From Octopus bimaculoides (lineage: Eukaryota), in NCBI RefSeq assembly GCF_001194135.2, contig NC_068988.1, positions 77,557,868 to 77,621,841 on the forward strand: a stretch of DNA of 63,974 nt. Reading direction: 5' to 3'. Under the pieces are notes generated by a model. That model ran no database searches. It saw only the letters and a list, made by a program, of their open reading frames with translations, and was not told the origin of the DNA. A program made the position numbers and the translations under genes. Of the stretch, positions 37,263 through 50,586 are shown piece after piece. Every line of letters begins with the position of its first letter. Within the stretch, counting starts at the first letter, position 1.

Positions 37263-39357
37263 GGGGAGCCTCTTAAGTATTTGAGAAGATCCACATCTAG
37301 TGTGTCCTTAGTGTTACTGTTCCTGCATATCACAATGACTGGACAAAACAATGTATACACGCATATATGTAGATACATGCATGTATATACATAGACATAT
37401 AATAGACACACATATACCAAAGTACTACAATTGACATGTATAAGTCCAATGAGTGAACAGGTGAACAGTTACCAGTGCTATGATTTTCTGTTTATGTGAA
37501 TTAAACAAACAGGAAAAAGGCATCTTAAATACTCCATATAAAGAAAATATAGAATATTTACTACAATTCATTTCGAGGTCAATTAAATGTTTTGATGACA
37601 ACTCAACTTGATAGGTGGTATTGAAACAAAAGCTGTTATACATTCAACCATACAATATATAAAGCAGTTCTTGGCATCACAACTTGATGATAATAAATCA
37701 ATTGAGAATGTAAAAAGGAACAAAGTAATCACAAACTGGAAGAATGAATCTCAAATATTCTACACAGAAAAATTGGAGCATTTACCATGATACACACACC
37801 TTATAAGTGTGTGAGGTTATGTGTGTGTGTGCATGTTTTGGAAGCTCCCATCACGGATGTGTTTTTGTTGTGATCCACTGAACCTTCTTCCCATTAAGGC
37901 CAAATATCTCAGAGCAAATTTAATTGTGTGAGCCATATAGAAATATCAATATAACACAATATATGTGCAATAATACTGTTTATCAGATTCTTTCTCTGAG
38001 CCACAAACTTCAGACCCTGATTAAGCATACGCTAAAGATAGTTTTGTTCAGTAAAATTTTATTTTGATGTTGAATTAAATTTTTGTCAAACTTTTCCAAA
38101 TTTAGTGATGCAATAAACTTCTAGCAAACACAAAATAGAGTAAACAGTTCATAATTTCATTCACCAGTTTTTTTAATCTTTTTTTTAAAAATATTTATTT
38201 GTTCATTAGTTTTTCTTTTATATCACAATTTCAGCTTTCTGTTTCTCTCTCCAGTGGAAATGACATGATTTAAGCTCTATCTTCCCAACGGTACATCTAC
38301 AACTAAAAGAGTTCTTCAACACTGTAAAGTTGTAGTGAGGAACAGAAATTAGAAAATGTAATATCAGCCACAGATAGAAATAGAGAGGTACCTACCAATG
38401 TGAATTAAATAGGATAAACTGTCACACAGTTCATCCCAAGTCATTTACAGTCATACTAAATGTGCAACTATTCCCCACAAAACCCATGATTTTCTGCACA
38501 AAAGGAGGCTCAAGCAACATAAAAATATACCCAAATAATTCAATGTTTTGTCACTGTCATCAGTTGAGAGAGGAAAAACTTTGGTGGCAAATACTACCTG
38601 AAATAGACACAATGAATATTACTTGCCCTCTGACAAGTAATATGCAGCTGCAGTAAAGGCTGCATCACCCAAGCTGCAATCTCTGTAAAAAATACTGAAG
38701 AAAATAGTGCAGCAGGTAAGCTTGGCTGCAACAGTAACAATTATAACATAACACAGACATACACACATTTTCCATGAAAAAGTGTAATCTCAAGAGGACC
38801 ATTACAAATAACTACACTTATCTCACAGCTGAAGCCCATTATTGAATGTTAGAAGTGTTTTACATCTTAGTAACAGAAGTAATTTTCCCTTCTTGAAGGA
38901 TAATACTACAACATGCAGTCTAGCAAAATGCATGGCACATACAGAACAGCATTTGATAACAAACATATCTGCTGCTTAAATACAAAACTAAGTTGTAATT
39001 TGTTCTGATAAACAGTTATCATAGTAGATCTATGATGATGTCACACCCTTAGTTCTGTTCAAGCACTCAAACTTAGTTGTGACACAAATAATACAAATAA
39101 ATTAACTTATTCACCAAATACTTCAAACCATATCTTACAACATATTTGAAGAGAGCCTCAGAAATATAAAGAAATATTAAATGAAACTAACCAACATTTT
39201 ATTTACTTCTCTTGGCTAACTTTAATCCTCTCCCAACTGTAAATGACATGAAGGCAACATTCTATCAGAAATGTCGCTGCACAAAGACATAAAACTCTAT
39301 ACTTCAACTCACTAACATGTTGTTCATTGAACAAATAATACTCTAGATACTTTAGAT

Positions 39358-39670
39358 CAGTGCTACTCAAAGTGGTGGTTTGTGGACCGGTGCTGGTCTG
39401 TGAGCCATCAGCTGCCAGTATGCGGCGAGTTTCCAGAAAAGAAAGCAATATTATGAAATGTTTATAAAATGCTTATAAAATACTTATGTAATATTGTATT
39501 ATTTGTTTACAAAATAAATATAAGATAAAAAAAATTGTCAACTTTACTATATTCATTATATATATTCTTTCCAGTATAAATTAGTATTACTAAGAAATAT
39601 TACCAGTCCCTGGCATACTGGAAAAAAAAAAACTGCCAGTACACCACATCAGATAGTTTGAGAAGCACTG
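39358..39670. mobile_element. hAT (Charlie-like) MITE
   Basis: TIRs CAGTGCTACTCAAAGT / AGTTTGAGAAGCACTG; 8-bp TSD CTTTAGAT / ATTTAGAT (7 of 8 match). Confidence 0.85.
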
Positions 39671-39749
39671 ATTTAGATCTCTGCTTTACAAATAGCATCC
39701 ATAGCATGTAGTGATAACAACATATTTCCTCTAACCATAGCATTGTAGA

Positions 39750-41000
39750 AATAATGATTCACAATCCAAAGGAAACTAGCTGTAATGAGCATTCAAACTC
39801 TGTTCTGCTTGAATTTGTGTAAGATTATTGGAAATTGCTTCAAAAAGAAATTTCCAAGCTGAACTGGCTGAAAAGTCAGCCTCTCTATTCAAGAAAATCT
39901 CATGTTCTGAGTTATTTCTGTTTGTAATGGATGCCCCAATTATGTCCTCAAGTATATGAACAACCATTCTCATCTTCATCTGTAACACTTCCAGGATTAT
40001 TTTCGATACTTTTAGAATTTGTCATTAAATACTTTCAGAACTATTTCCAGTAAACTTCTACCATTGATTCCTGTTAATTCCTCACCCCAATAGACACCAA
40101 TTTTATTGATAACATTCCAGGTGTTGGATCTTTTCCAAACATCCTCTAAGCTAAGCCCACTTTCCTTATCAGTTACCTTAAGAATCTTTTTAACAGCTTT
40201 CAAATGTTGACAGTTGATGTTACTGTTTGAAGTTATGGTTGAATATCACTTGTGGTATTTGGAGACAAATATACTGCCTTGATTTAAGGATAGTTACTGT
40301 AACAATATAGGGCATCTCAGTAGAATTATTTAATGTTTGAAATGTGCTAAATGATAATTTATTGCTGCCACATTGAACCCAAAACCAATTTTGATATGAA
40401 GCTGTAGTCATACAACCTTTTTTTATCGTATATTCCAAATGATTGATAGTTTCCTTTATACTGTCAAAGCTCTGGGATTTTCAGAGTTATAGACTAGCAT
40501 TGGTTTCAGTTTAAATGCATCAGCTACATCATCACCAGCAAGCAGTGTCAGTCAGCTATTAGCTGCTTCATACCCAGATGCAGTTCTCTTTTCAGACATG
40601 TTTCTCCCAAATATTTTCTTTCAGACATCATCTTCCAAAAATAAATCAGTTTCATTACTAAAATATGCTGTAGGGTATAACCTTCATTTTCAAAAAGTAA
40701 GTATAAATTTAAATAAATGTTGTTGCTGCCTCTTTATCAGCATTAGCTGTTTCACAATTCAGTTTAAGGTTATGCAAAGCTGTCATTTTTTCCAACATTT
40801 CAAACTATCCATTACTTGCCCAATATTTTGTTCTCCCAATTGTTCTTCGACTGACTATAAACTGATAGACTTTTCTCACATTATTTGCAAAACTCACTAG
40901 AACATCATTTTCTATGTTAGTCATTAATATGTTCTTTTAATAAACTCTCCATAGTTTTCTACTATTATGCCTCATTTTCGGACATAACTACCACCAGCAT
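39750..41000 (-). mobile_element. Tigger/pogo-like transposase, heavily decayed
   Basis: Minus frames LHNLKLNCETANADKEAA, ETDLF, LTLLAGDDVADAFKLKPMLVYNSENPRAL (Tigger1-like). TIRs not identified. Confidence 0.8.
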
Positions 41001-41659
41001 ATTTCCTGCATATCAAACAGTTCTTTACTTTTATTTCAGTTGGTTTGTTCATGTTCAAATCTCTAACTACCAAAGATTGAGGTTAACCAGTTTCTGAACG
41101 ATTAATAATATCCATCCTTAATTCTATTTATTGACTTTGTGGAGCCCTACACTACTTCACATCTGACCCAGCTTTGTCCTTTACATTTTGTATTAAGTTT
41201 TATTATTGCAATATATAATAATAAAAACTCTCAAATACTAAGATGGCCTCCAAATGTTACTTTTGTATAATGGCATCATGCAGTGAATAACTGTCATGGC
41301 ATCAGTTACTTTACAAGCATGAATGAGCAGAAATGTGCTCACTCATAGATTTCATTTTGCAGCAAGAGTATTTTGTATACATGTACGATTCTCTGTTTAT
41401 TAATTTTGTAAAACTAAAATAAAAAAAGAAAAGATTCTATTCTAGCTTATTTCAGGGAAAGCTGCAATATATACAGACAATGTTTGCCTACATATACAAC
41501 TACTCGAGCATTTTATGACATTGTGACTTAAAAATTAGGTGGTGAATGAAGAAATAAAAGTGTATGTTTCATTTATCTAATGCACTTCAGTGAAAAATGT
41601 ACAAAAGGTTAAATTTTTAGAGAATAGAAACTGAAATAGTGGTGTCATTTTAAAGTGTC

Positions 41660-42775
41660 CGAAAGTCAGTGGCATTAATACCATCACAGCCATAAACTCC
41701 AGCACTGAATCCATCATCAGGTATTGTACCAGAATAATTAAATGGATGAAGGCAAACTTTGAGAATGTTGACAGAAAAACACAATAATTTCAGGGCTTTA
41801 CCTAGGCAGATGTTGTTAGATTGTATTTCAATTGAAAGGATGAAGGAAGAGGATTTAACAAACACAGAACACTATGTGGAGTTAAAAGTAGAGAAGTTTA
41901 GGTAGAATGTTACTGACAGCAGGAGATGCTGTTCTTGGCAGATAAGAAAAGAAGTTACGTTAAATGAAAGATGAAGTAAAATGAGGTGCTCAGAGCTATA
42001 AGGTACAAACAGAAAAGATTATGCACATAGTTTTTTTCAAAGCACTGAAGGGTATTGAGATCACCAGTCATTTCAGTGGTTTAAGAAGGAAATATCAAAG
42101 AAACAAAACAGGGTGTTTGATTCTAGATGCACAGGATCAAACAACCAGAGCAAGATATATCAGGAGGAACATAGATAAGGAAGACATTTCTGCTGAATAT
42201 AGACTGAACATAAAATGTTTGCTCAGAAAGTCTATAAGTACTGGAGGCATGACAGAGTTGCTGCAATCATACATTGACAAATCTGTACAATAATATGTAT
42301 TTGAAAATATGGAAAATGGTATGACCATAAAACAAAAGACATCCTCAAAAATAACCATGTAAAGGTATTATGGGATATATAACTTCAAATGAATAGGCAA
42401 TTAGAAAATTCATGCTCAGATGTTGTCATATTCAACAGAAGGAAAGAGTGCATTGTTTAATTGATGTTGCTAGCCCATTTCATACAAAAGTGGTAAAAAA
42501 GAATGTGAGGGAATAGTAAAATTTCAAGACTTGAAATATTAACTTCAAACAATATGGAATTGCCATTAGGGTTTCATCATTCTAATTGTAAAAGGAACTG
42601 TAGAAAGAGTGGCAAGAAGTTTGTTGATGATGTTGACTGTACAGAAATCCTGTATGCTTGGCAGAGCAAAGACTATAAGAAATTGAAACACACCTAAGGT
42701 TGCAAGACACAACCTGACAGCAATCTAGTACCAGTCGAACAACCACATAATATCCAGTGAACAAAAGAGAGAGTA
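41660..42775 (+). mobile_element. R4/Dong-like RLE retrotransposon 3' part
   Basis: AIN..IIRY..IIKW..DRKT, ADVVRLY..EGRG, LILDAQDQTTR, KVLWD, KFQDLK motifs; ends in AATAATAAT. Confidence 0.75.
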
Positions 42776-42779
42776 ATAA

Positions 42780-42990
42780 TAATGGTTTCAAATTTTGGCA
42801 TAAGGACAGCAAGTTTGGGAGAGGGAGTAAGCCATTAACATCAACCCCAGAGTTCAACTGGTACTTATTTTATAGACCCCAAAAAGATGGAAGGCAAAGT
42901 TGAACCTTGTGGAATTTGAACTCAGAGCATCAAAATAGATGAAATGCTGCTAAGCATTTTGCCCAGCATGCTAACAATTCTACCAGCTCA
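42780..42990 (-). mobile_element. family B SINE
   Basis: Reverse complement of the family B head and core. Confidence 0.8.
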
Positions 42991-43036
42991 TCACATTAAT
43001 AACGACAACAGCAACAACAACAACAACAGCAACAAC

Positions 43037-43067
<31 letters not shown>

Positions 43068-43589
43068 GTACCAGGCAGTGGCTCTCATGGCTTCTGATCT
43101 TAATTGATTGGAAGTGTTATCATGTACATTGTTTTGTCTTGGTATAAAAGATGGGATACAGCAAATATTCTGCTTAATATCACAGATTTGCTTGTCAGTT
43201 GTTTGACCATAACCAGTTGAGCATGTCCCTTGGTGGCTGACGATATGTGCATCTCTGATCATGAGCAGAAGTAGTGGGAGAGCATCATAGCCATGTGGTG
43301 AGAGGAATTCTTTGGGGTTTGAATAATTCATCTTCGGAAACATGCGTGTTTTGCTCAACATCTTTAAACAAACTTTATTCAGGGACCTTTTGAGTGGGAT
43401 GGGCTACTCAACCTGAAGAAAATTCTAACTGGGCCCCACCTGCGAGGTCATGCACTGTTTATCTTGATATGAGATCACATGTCGTACACATATGGTTGTG
43501 ATGCATGTGCCTGGTGTACTCTTATCCGACGGGTAGTTATGATGGGTATATTTTACCTCAGTGTCACTTTGATGGCATGCACTGCTCTC

Positions 43590-43620
<31 letters not shown>

Positions 43621-43622
43621 TA
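43068..43622 (+). mobile_element. probable retroposon 3' end of unknown family, between (AAC/AAT)n runs
   Basis: Non-coding, higher GC than its flanks, terminates in an (AAT)n tail; the family assignment is unresolved. Confidence 0.45.
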
Positions 43623-43654
43623 CAGATAGTAACAATAAATGATAAACCTAACTA

Positions 43655-43966
43655 CAGACAGTATATGGATTTATCAAAGAAATACACGGGAAATTCAGCT
43701 AAGAAAAATATGCTAAAGCAAGTTTGGAAAGTGGAAAACTAGTTACGGGTAACAATATCACACTAGATAAAGAAAACGAAATAAGAGAATTAGACCAAAC
43801 CCAGACATACAAATACTTAGGAATCAATGAACTAGATACAGTATAGCACACACAAATGAAAGAGAAAATAAAAAAGGAATACTATAGATGAGTTAGATTA
43901 ATACCTAAAATAGAGCTCAATGCAAAAACGAAGATAGTAGGTACCAATACTCTAACTGTCCCAGTT
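43655..43966 (+). mobile_element. R4/Dong-like RT/thumb fragment
   Basis: QTYKYLGINE...MKEKIKKEYYR*VRLIPKIELNAKTK...NTLTVPV. Confidence 0.75.
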
Positions 43967-43967
43967 A

Positions 43968-44262
43968 TATGAGGAGGTACCCAAAAGTAACCAGAAACGT
44001 TCTCTGTGGGACAAGCCCGTTGTAGAAACCACTTGATGTAACCCTCTGGTACCAGTCTGCCAACAGACATCATCACTTGCAGTTGTACTGTCATGTGGTG
44101 CATCATTGTTTTGCAGTGCTTCTCCCTTGTTCTTTGATTTTTGTGATAGCTGAAACTTAAGAACAGCATGCCTCCGTGAAATTCTGTTTTCTGCTGGGCA
44201 AAATGGTAGCCAAAACAGTTGTCATGCTTCAAACAGCCTACAAGGATGCTGCCAAGAGTACC
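43968..44262 (+). mobile_element. mariner 5' end fragment
   Basis: TIR-like TATGAGGAGGTACCCAAAAGTAACCAGAA; EQHASVKFCFLLGKMVAKTVVMLQTAYKDAA N-terminal HTH. Confidence 0.7.
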
Positions 44263-44663
44263 CTAGTTCAGGGTAGAAAAAAAGGGAAGATGAATCTGAG
44301 TAGCTTTGCATTGCTTACAGTCTTACAATCAGATTTAAACTTTACTTATAACAATTTATTACAGAAGATATAACTAACAATCCAGATTATCTTAGAACAA
44401 GGTGTAACACACTATGAATTAAGACACACACACACACACACACACACAACTACTATATAAATATATGTATAGTCTTACATAGTCTTTTATTGGTTTTAGC
44501 TAGAGGGTGTCACATTACTTGGACACCAAATACATACATAGGTATGGTGTGTCTGACTCTGTGTGTGTGTTTGTGAGTGTGAATATACGTGTATCATCAT
44601 TATCATGTATATGTTTACATATATATTTATGTATACATATATATATTTGTGTGTGTGGGGGGG

Positions 44664-44713
<50 letters not shown>

Positions 44714-44769
44714 AAAGATTAAATCAAATTTCACCTGTGCCTTGGAAAATCTAATCTATGCCATTACCT

Positions 44770-45060
44770 GCTTAGGGTGCTGTAACCACTATGTATATTG
44801 GCCAAACAGGAATATCTCTCAGTCGAAGAATCACTCTTCACAAAGAACAAATCCGCCACCCACAATACAGACAGATACAGGTCAGTGAACACATAGAAAG
44901 GTGTGCTAGGAACCTTAATACTAATTTTCCCCTTCTATCAACGTTCACAGAACACTTCAGTACAGCAAAGAATGAATAAAGAAGCAACTTTCATCAATAA
45001 ATATCATCTACAACTTAACACAAACACAACATAATACAGAACACTACTAACCTTACCACT
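44770..45060 (+). mobile_element. Penelope-like GIY-YIG endonuclease fragment
   Basis: CCNHYVYIGQTGISLSRRITLHKEQIR...SEHIERC motif. Confidence 0.8.
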
Positions 45061-45574
45061 AACTCCCATACATTCCATACATCATTCGTATTACAGTATT
45101 ATATTGACCCTAATTGCACCACATCCAGAACTACTTACCTCCCTTACACATAATTTTTTTACTCAGGAACTAGGAGACCCAAGACTGTTTGGTAATTGGT
45201 GCACATTCAAAGCCAGTGAACAACAATGACGATATGACTTTGAATCTCTTAGCAATTCAAAATAATGACTTTTATTTCTCTTAATTCTACCTAAGTTCAT
45301 CTAATTGTATATATTTATAGCTACTTATCATAAAAAGGCCTTTATTATTTTTATATTCAGTCTGCATTTTCGCTTTTTTTCTTCTTACTTTCCCTCTATC
45401 TTTTCCACGTGTAGTTTCTATTTTCTGTTTGAAATATATTTCTATTATATATATATATATATATATATATATNNNNNNNNNNNNNNNNNNNNNNNNNNNN
45501 NNNNNNNNNNNNNNNNNNNNNNNNNNNNNNNNNNNNNNNNNNNNNNNNNNNNNNNNNNNNNNNNNNNNNNNNNN

Positions 45575-46281
45575 TATTGCCAGTTTAGCCAATAAAAACA
45601 CACGCAATGTATATTTGGTGTTAATTTGCTTCAGCTTTATATTACATTAATCTTAATCTTATTTCGGCCAGAGTTCTTTCGTCACACTTCTGTGACCTCA
45701 TCAGTGGTCCTTTGTTTCCTTCTTTCTTATGTGTGTCTCACCTTGCTAACTATCAGCCATTTTGTATTTTGTATTCCTATTGTATGTGTCTACGCATGCG
45801 TGTCCTTCAATGTGTCTGTGTCTTTTGTAAGTGCATGTGTGTATGGGGAGTGTCTGTATCACCTATATTCTCTGTTAATACGTATTCGTTTGTATTTGTT
45901 TTTATTTATTTATTAGTTCATGTGTGTGTGTTTTTTTTTGTTTTTTTTGTGTTTAATTAAATTTTGTTAACGTATGTAGTATTTAATTCCATTTGTTTAT
46001 CTATGTGTTGTATTATACTTTGTTCATATTATTATTGGTTTATGGGTAACATGTTGTCACATGCTGTGGTTTGTTAGTGGTGTGTGTTAGTGTTCCATTC
46101 TAGTTTCCTATTCAGGCTAGGTTTCTCTTCTATTATGTGTGTAGCTTCAGTAATTTGTCTAAGTGCTGCATCACTGCTATGTGTCGATAAGATTTTAATT
46201 TCTATGTTGTTGATTGAGCCTCTATGTTCTTGCTCAGCGTGCTGGTACAGAACTGATGAGTTCTTCCCTTCCTTAAGTTCC
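45575..46281 (-). mobile_element. Penelope-like 3' end (GIY-YIG C-terminus plus 3' UTR), both ends at gaps
   Basis: SVLYQHAEQEH...IKILSTH..LRQITEATHI.EEKPSLNRKLEW. Confidence 0.8.
45666..45710 (-). ncRNA. candidate minimal hammerhead ribozyme, identical to 10485-10529
   Basis: Same motif, in sense orientation relative to the upstream GIY-YIG frame. Confidence 0.6.
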
Positions 46282-47744
46282 NNNNNNNNNNNNNNNNNNN
46301 NNNNNNNNNNNNNNNNNNNNNNNNNNNNNNNNNNNNNNNNNNNNNNNNNNNNNNNNNNNNNNNNNNNNNNNNNNNNNNNNNNNNNNNNNNNNNNNNNNNN
46401 NNNNNNNNNNNNNNNNNNNNNNNNNNNNNNNNNNNNNNNNNNNNNNNNNNNNNNNNNNNNNNNNNNNNNNNNNNNNNNNNNNNNNNNNNNNNNNNNNNNN
46501 NNNNNNNNNNNNNNNNNNNNNNNNNNNNNNNNNNNNNNNNNNNNNNNNNNNNNNNNNNNNNNNNNNNNNNNNNNNNNNNNNNNNNNNNNNNNNNNNNNNN
46601 NNNNNNNNNNNNNNNNNNNNNNNNNNNNNNNNNNNNNNNNNNNNNNNNNNNNNNNNNNNNNNNNNNNNNNNNNNNNNNNNNNNNNNNNNNNNNNNNNNNN
46701 NNNNNNNNNNNNNNNNNNNNNNNNNNNNNNNNNNNNNNNNNNNNNNNNNNNNNNNNNNNNNNNNNNNNNNNNNNNNNNNNNNNNNNNNNNNNNNNNNNNN
46801 NNNNNNNNNNNNNNNNNNNNNNNNNNNNNNNNNNNNNNNNNNNNNNNNNNNNNNNNNNNNNNNNNNNNNNNNNNNNNNNNNNNNNNNNNNNNNNNNNNNN
46901 NNNNNNNNNNNNNNNNNNNNNNNNNNNNNNNNNNNNNNNNNNNNNNNNNNNNNNNNNNNNNNNNNNNNNNNNNNNNNNNNNNNNNNNNNNNNNNNNNNNN
47001 NNNNNNNNNNNNNNNNNNNNNNNNNNNNNNNNNNNNNNNNNNNNNNNNNNNNNNNNNNNNNNNNNNNTATATATACACACATATATACATAAATGTATGT
47101 GTACTTTATATATGCTTAGTGTGTAATATCGTACTTTTGGAGTGGCATTCTGACAATAATATCATCATCAGATATACTGGTTGTGGCTTACATCTTTATT
47201 CTTAATTAATTAATTGACTAATTAATTAATTAATGAGCTAACAATTGTTCACCATACAGCTGTATCTGGTTCAACAACCTCCTAATCTTGCAATAAATTC
47301 TTTTCCTTTCTGTGTTTTATATTTATGGTATTTGTGTTGGTGCGCATGCTTGTGCATATGTGTGTGTGCATGCATAGGTGTGTACGTCAATGGAGGTGTA
47401 CTTGCTGTATACTCTATGTTTATGGTGCTGAGCATCTTTGTGTATGTGTGCATCACTCAATATGCATGAGCCTTTGTTTTGGTGTTTTTATTTTTGTTAG
47501 CATTCACTCACTTTCTCTCTTTCACACAAACACACACATGCACTTATAGTTTTCACAACTAGTAAACATGTCAAAATATGACCACCACAGTAGAAAAGAG
47601 ACACAAAACGTAATTATGCTGATTATATATATTCATATATTAATGATTAAGCTATTTGCAACTGTACACTTATTTCTCTATGAAATATGTCAACATCCTA
47701 CAATTGTTAACAATTACTATTATTTTTAAAACAGTGAACTGACA

Positions 47745-48320
47745 GAATCGTTAGCATGCCAGACCAAATGCTTAGCGGCATTTTGTCCGTCTTTATGTTC
47801 TGAGTTCAAATTCTGCCAAGATCGACTTTGTCTTTCATCCTTTCAGGGTCAATAGAATAAGTACCATTTGAACACTGGGGCCTTGTGCCAAAATTTGAAA
47901 CTAAGGCAGGAAGCTGACAGAACCGTTAGCATGCCAGGCAAAATGTTTAGCATTTTGTCTGTCCTTACATTCTGAATTCAAATTCTGCTGCAGTCAGCTT
48001 TGCCTTTCATCCTTTCATGGTTGATAAAATAAGTAATCGACTTGACCCCAGCCCTGAAATTGTTGGCCAAAATATGAAATCATTACTACTACTACTGTTA
48101 CTACTGGTACTATTTAGGTGGCAATCTCGTACAGTCATTACTGTGTTGAACAAAGTGCTTAGTGGCATTTCTTTTGGCTTTATGCTCTGATTCAGCAGAT
48201 ACCACTGAAATCAACTTTGCCTTTCATCTGTTTAGAGTTAACAAAATAAGTACCAGTTGTGCACTGGTGTATCATGTAATCAACTTTTGAAAATTGCTAG
48301 CCTTGAGCCAAAATTTGAAA
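47745..48320 (+). mobile_element. three tandem family B SINE copies
   Basis: Heads at ~47745, ~47905 and ~48115, each followed by the core. Confidence 0.8.
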
Positions 48321-48340
48321 TCATTATTATTGTTGCTGTT

Positions 48341-49062
48341 ATTCAGTAATCTTATTTTTATCACATGCTTTTACTAACTTGGGTTTGTGTTGTGATTTGT
48401 CTTGGTGTTGTAATTTTTACTGTTTTGAAAGTGTTTCATGTTGGATGAGTGCAGTGCATAGCAGTGCTATTTTCTGTATGTTATATATATTCATAAGTCA
48501 TGATGTTTTGGTTATGTATTTATCTTAGTGATTTTTAGTCATACCTAATGCCCCTATTATCATTGGGATTGTTTCTACTTTTAGGCTCTATATTTGGGTT
48601 ACCTCTATTTCTAGATCTCTTTGTATTTTGAGAGTTTCTCTGTTTCTTTTAGAGATACATTGTCATCTGTTGGAATAGATACATCGATTAGAAGTCATTT
48701 TTTCTCTTGATGATCTCTGATAACTATATCCAGTCTATTAGCCTTGGTTTCTTTATCTGTGTTTATTGGCATATTCCAGAGCATGGTTGCTTTGTCATTT
48801 TCTGAGACCCTTTTGGCAGTGTGCCTATACCATCTTTTTTTTGTTGTTATTCCATAGTGCTGGCATAGCTTCCAGGTTCCAACTCTGTCATGTCTGTGAA
48901 TATATTTTTTCTAAGCCAGGACTGGGCAGCCAGAGACTATATGATCTATTGTTTCTCCCCCACCACCACATATTCTGTAGTTGCTTGTTGAATGTTAACA
49001 TCCAGATCATCTTTTACAATGGTTATAATTCAGGATATTCTTACTAGTCTGATTGACCTCAG
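48341..49062 (-). mobile_element. R4/Dong-like RLE C-terminus and 3' UTR
   Basis: RICGGGETIDHIVSGCPVLA..YIHRHDRV, LWNMPINTDKETKANRLDIV, LLIDVSIPTD, EKLSKYK; the 3' end runs into AAT-like repeats. Confidence 0.9.
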
Positions 49063-49084
49063 ATTTAGTAGGGCAGATGAGCTC

Positions 49085-49310
49085 AATTGGTGGTTTAATA
49101 TTGATTTCAAATTTTGGCACAAGGCCAGTAAGTTCAGGAGAGGGGAAAAAGTTAATGACATCGACTATAGTGCTCAACTGATACTTATTTTATTGACCCC
49201 CAAAAGGATGAAAGGCAAAGTCGATCTCAGTGGCATTTGAATTTAGAGTGTAATGACAGATGTCATGCCACTAAGCATTTTACCGAGCATGCTAACATCT
49301 CTGCATAGTC
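49085..49310 (-). mobile_element. family B SINE
   Basis: Reverse complement of the family B head and core. Confidence 0.8.
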
Positions 49311-50149
49311 AATGCCTTTTGATGGTTTAATATTAGAATCCATTTTATGGTCCTTCTAATGGAAATGGAGAGATTTAGGAGTATGTAGTTCCATTTGATC
49401 ATCCACTTCCAACTTCTGCTAACAACTCACCCCTCACATGTTTAAATATATAAATGTCATAATCTAACTTGATACCAATTGTTTGTCTGTTTTTACTTTC
49501 ATTCTAATAACTTGTACCTGCTCAATTGATAAACTGCCTATAGTCAATTGTTTTTAGGTAGCTATAACATCCCTACTTTTAGTTGCAGTGCAAGTTGGTG
49601 TTCAAACAGCAAATTAATCTGAGCACAAATTGTATGTACCTATTGCCTTACATTTACAAACTTAAATTATCTGAATTCTACATATGTATATATGTATGTG
49701 TATTCATTCAGTTTATTTGTTGCCTGGTTGTATCCTGTTACATTCAATGTATTGTGTTGGAAACCTTAAGTTTCTTAACTTTTCTATGCTTCTATTCACC
49801 TAGCTGTGAATACACAGTTGGAAAAACTCACAATTCTCAGTTACAAAATCACGAAGGATCCACTGACTTGTAGTGTTTTATTCAGTTCTGCCTATGCGTT
49901 GGTCTCTTCTCTAAGGATTTTCTCTAGATACACACCCTAAACGATGGTGAAGTCTTTAATAGTGACTCTGACTCAGTGGCTAAAGTAACCTACCAAATCC
50001 ACTGTTCAAAACAACAATTTACCAAAGTTTCTATACTATAGAACTTACCTTAGATATACACAAAACATATGAGTGTTATTTAAATTCTGTAAAAACATTA
50101 TCTAAAGCTTTATTATTAAAGAGATTAGTCTTTTAATCTTTTTAGCAAA

Positions 50150-50552
50150 ATAAACAGGCTGGTAGAGCAGTTCTTCCATTCTTTAGTTTGCTTCAACTAT
50201 CACAACTAAGCCCATCCTGGAGCACCACTTGTATAGTTCGATGTTCTATGCTATTTGTGTCATCTCTGAATGTATCCAGGGTTCCAGTGTATGAGTTATT
50301 CATTGTATTTAGGCTCTCTAATTAGTTGGAGCTACTTTACTTTGGTTGTAACCTCTATTCAGATGAATGATCTGGCATACCATAGACAAATTCATCTTGA
50401 TTACTTTCAATAGAAACATTATTACAAAATATAAAAAGACAAGCCGGAGCAAGACGTCTGGTGCCAATATGAGTCGCAGGCTCAGGGATGTGGGAGTGCC
50501 GTGATCTCTAGCACAAACCAAAGATCCCCAAAATGTCCAATACCATTCCCTG
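50150..50552 (-). mobile_element. RTE fragments (putative 5' UTR piece next to a 3' ORF-like piece)
   Basis: 50430-50550 is similar to 12790-12900; the 3' piece assignment is weak. Confidence 0.4.
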
Positions 50553-50555
50553 CAT

Positions 50556-50586
<31 letters not shown>

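Noticed and set aside
45215-45275. TGACGA...TTTGAAT/ATTCAAA hairpin downstream of a GIY-YIG fragment
   Set aside because: Lacks intact CTGANGA and GAAA boxes.
46074-47205. Long ORFs of 270-370 aa in the ORF track (similar ones at 23993-24661 and 33481-33999)
   Set aside because: Mostly N-gap read-through; the other low-complexity ORFs (YIYI, HTHT, IIII) are microsatellite translations.
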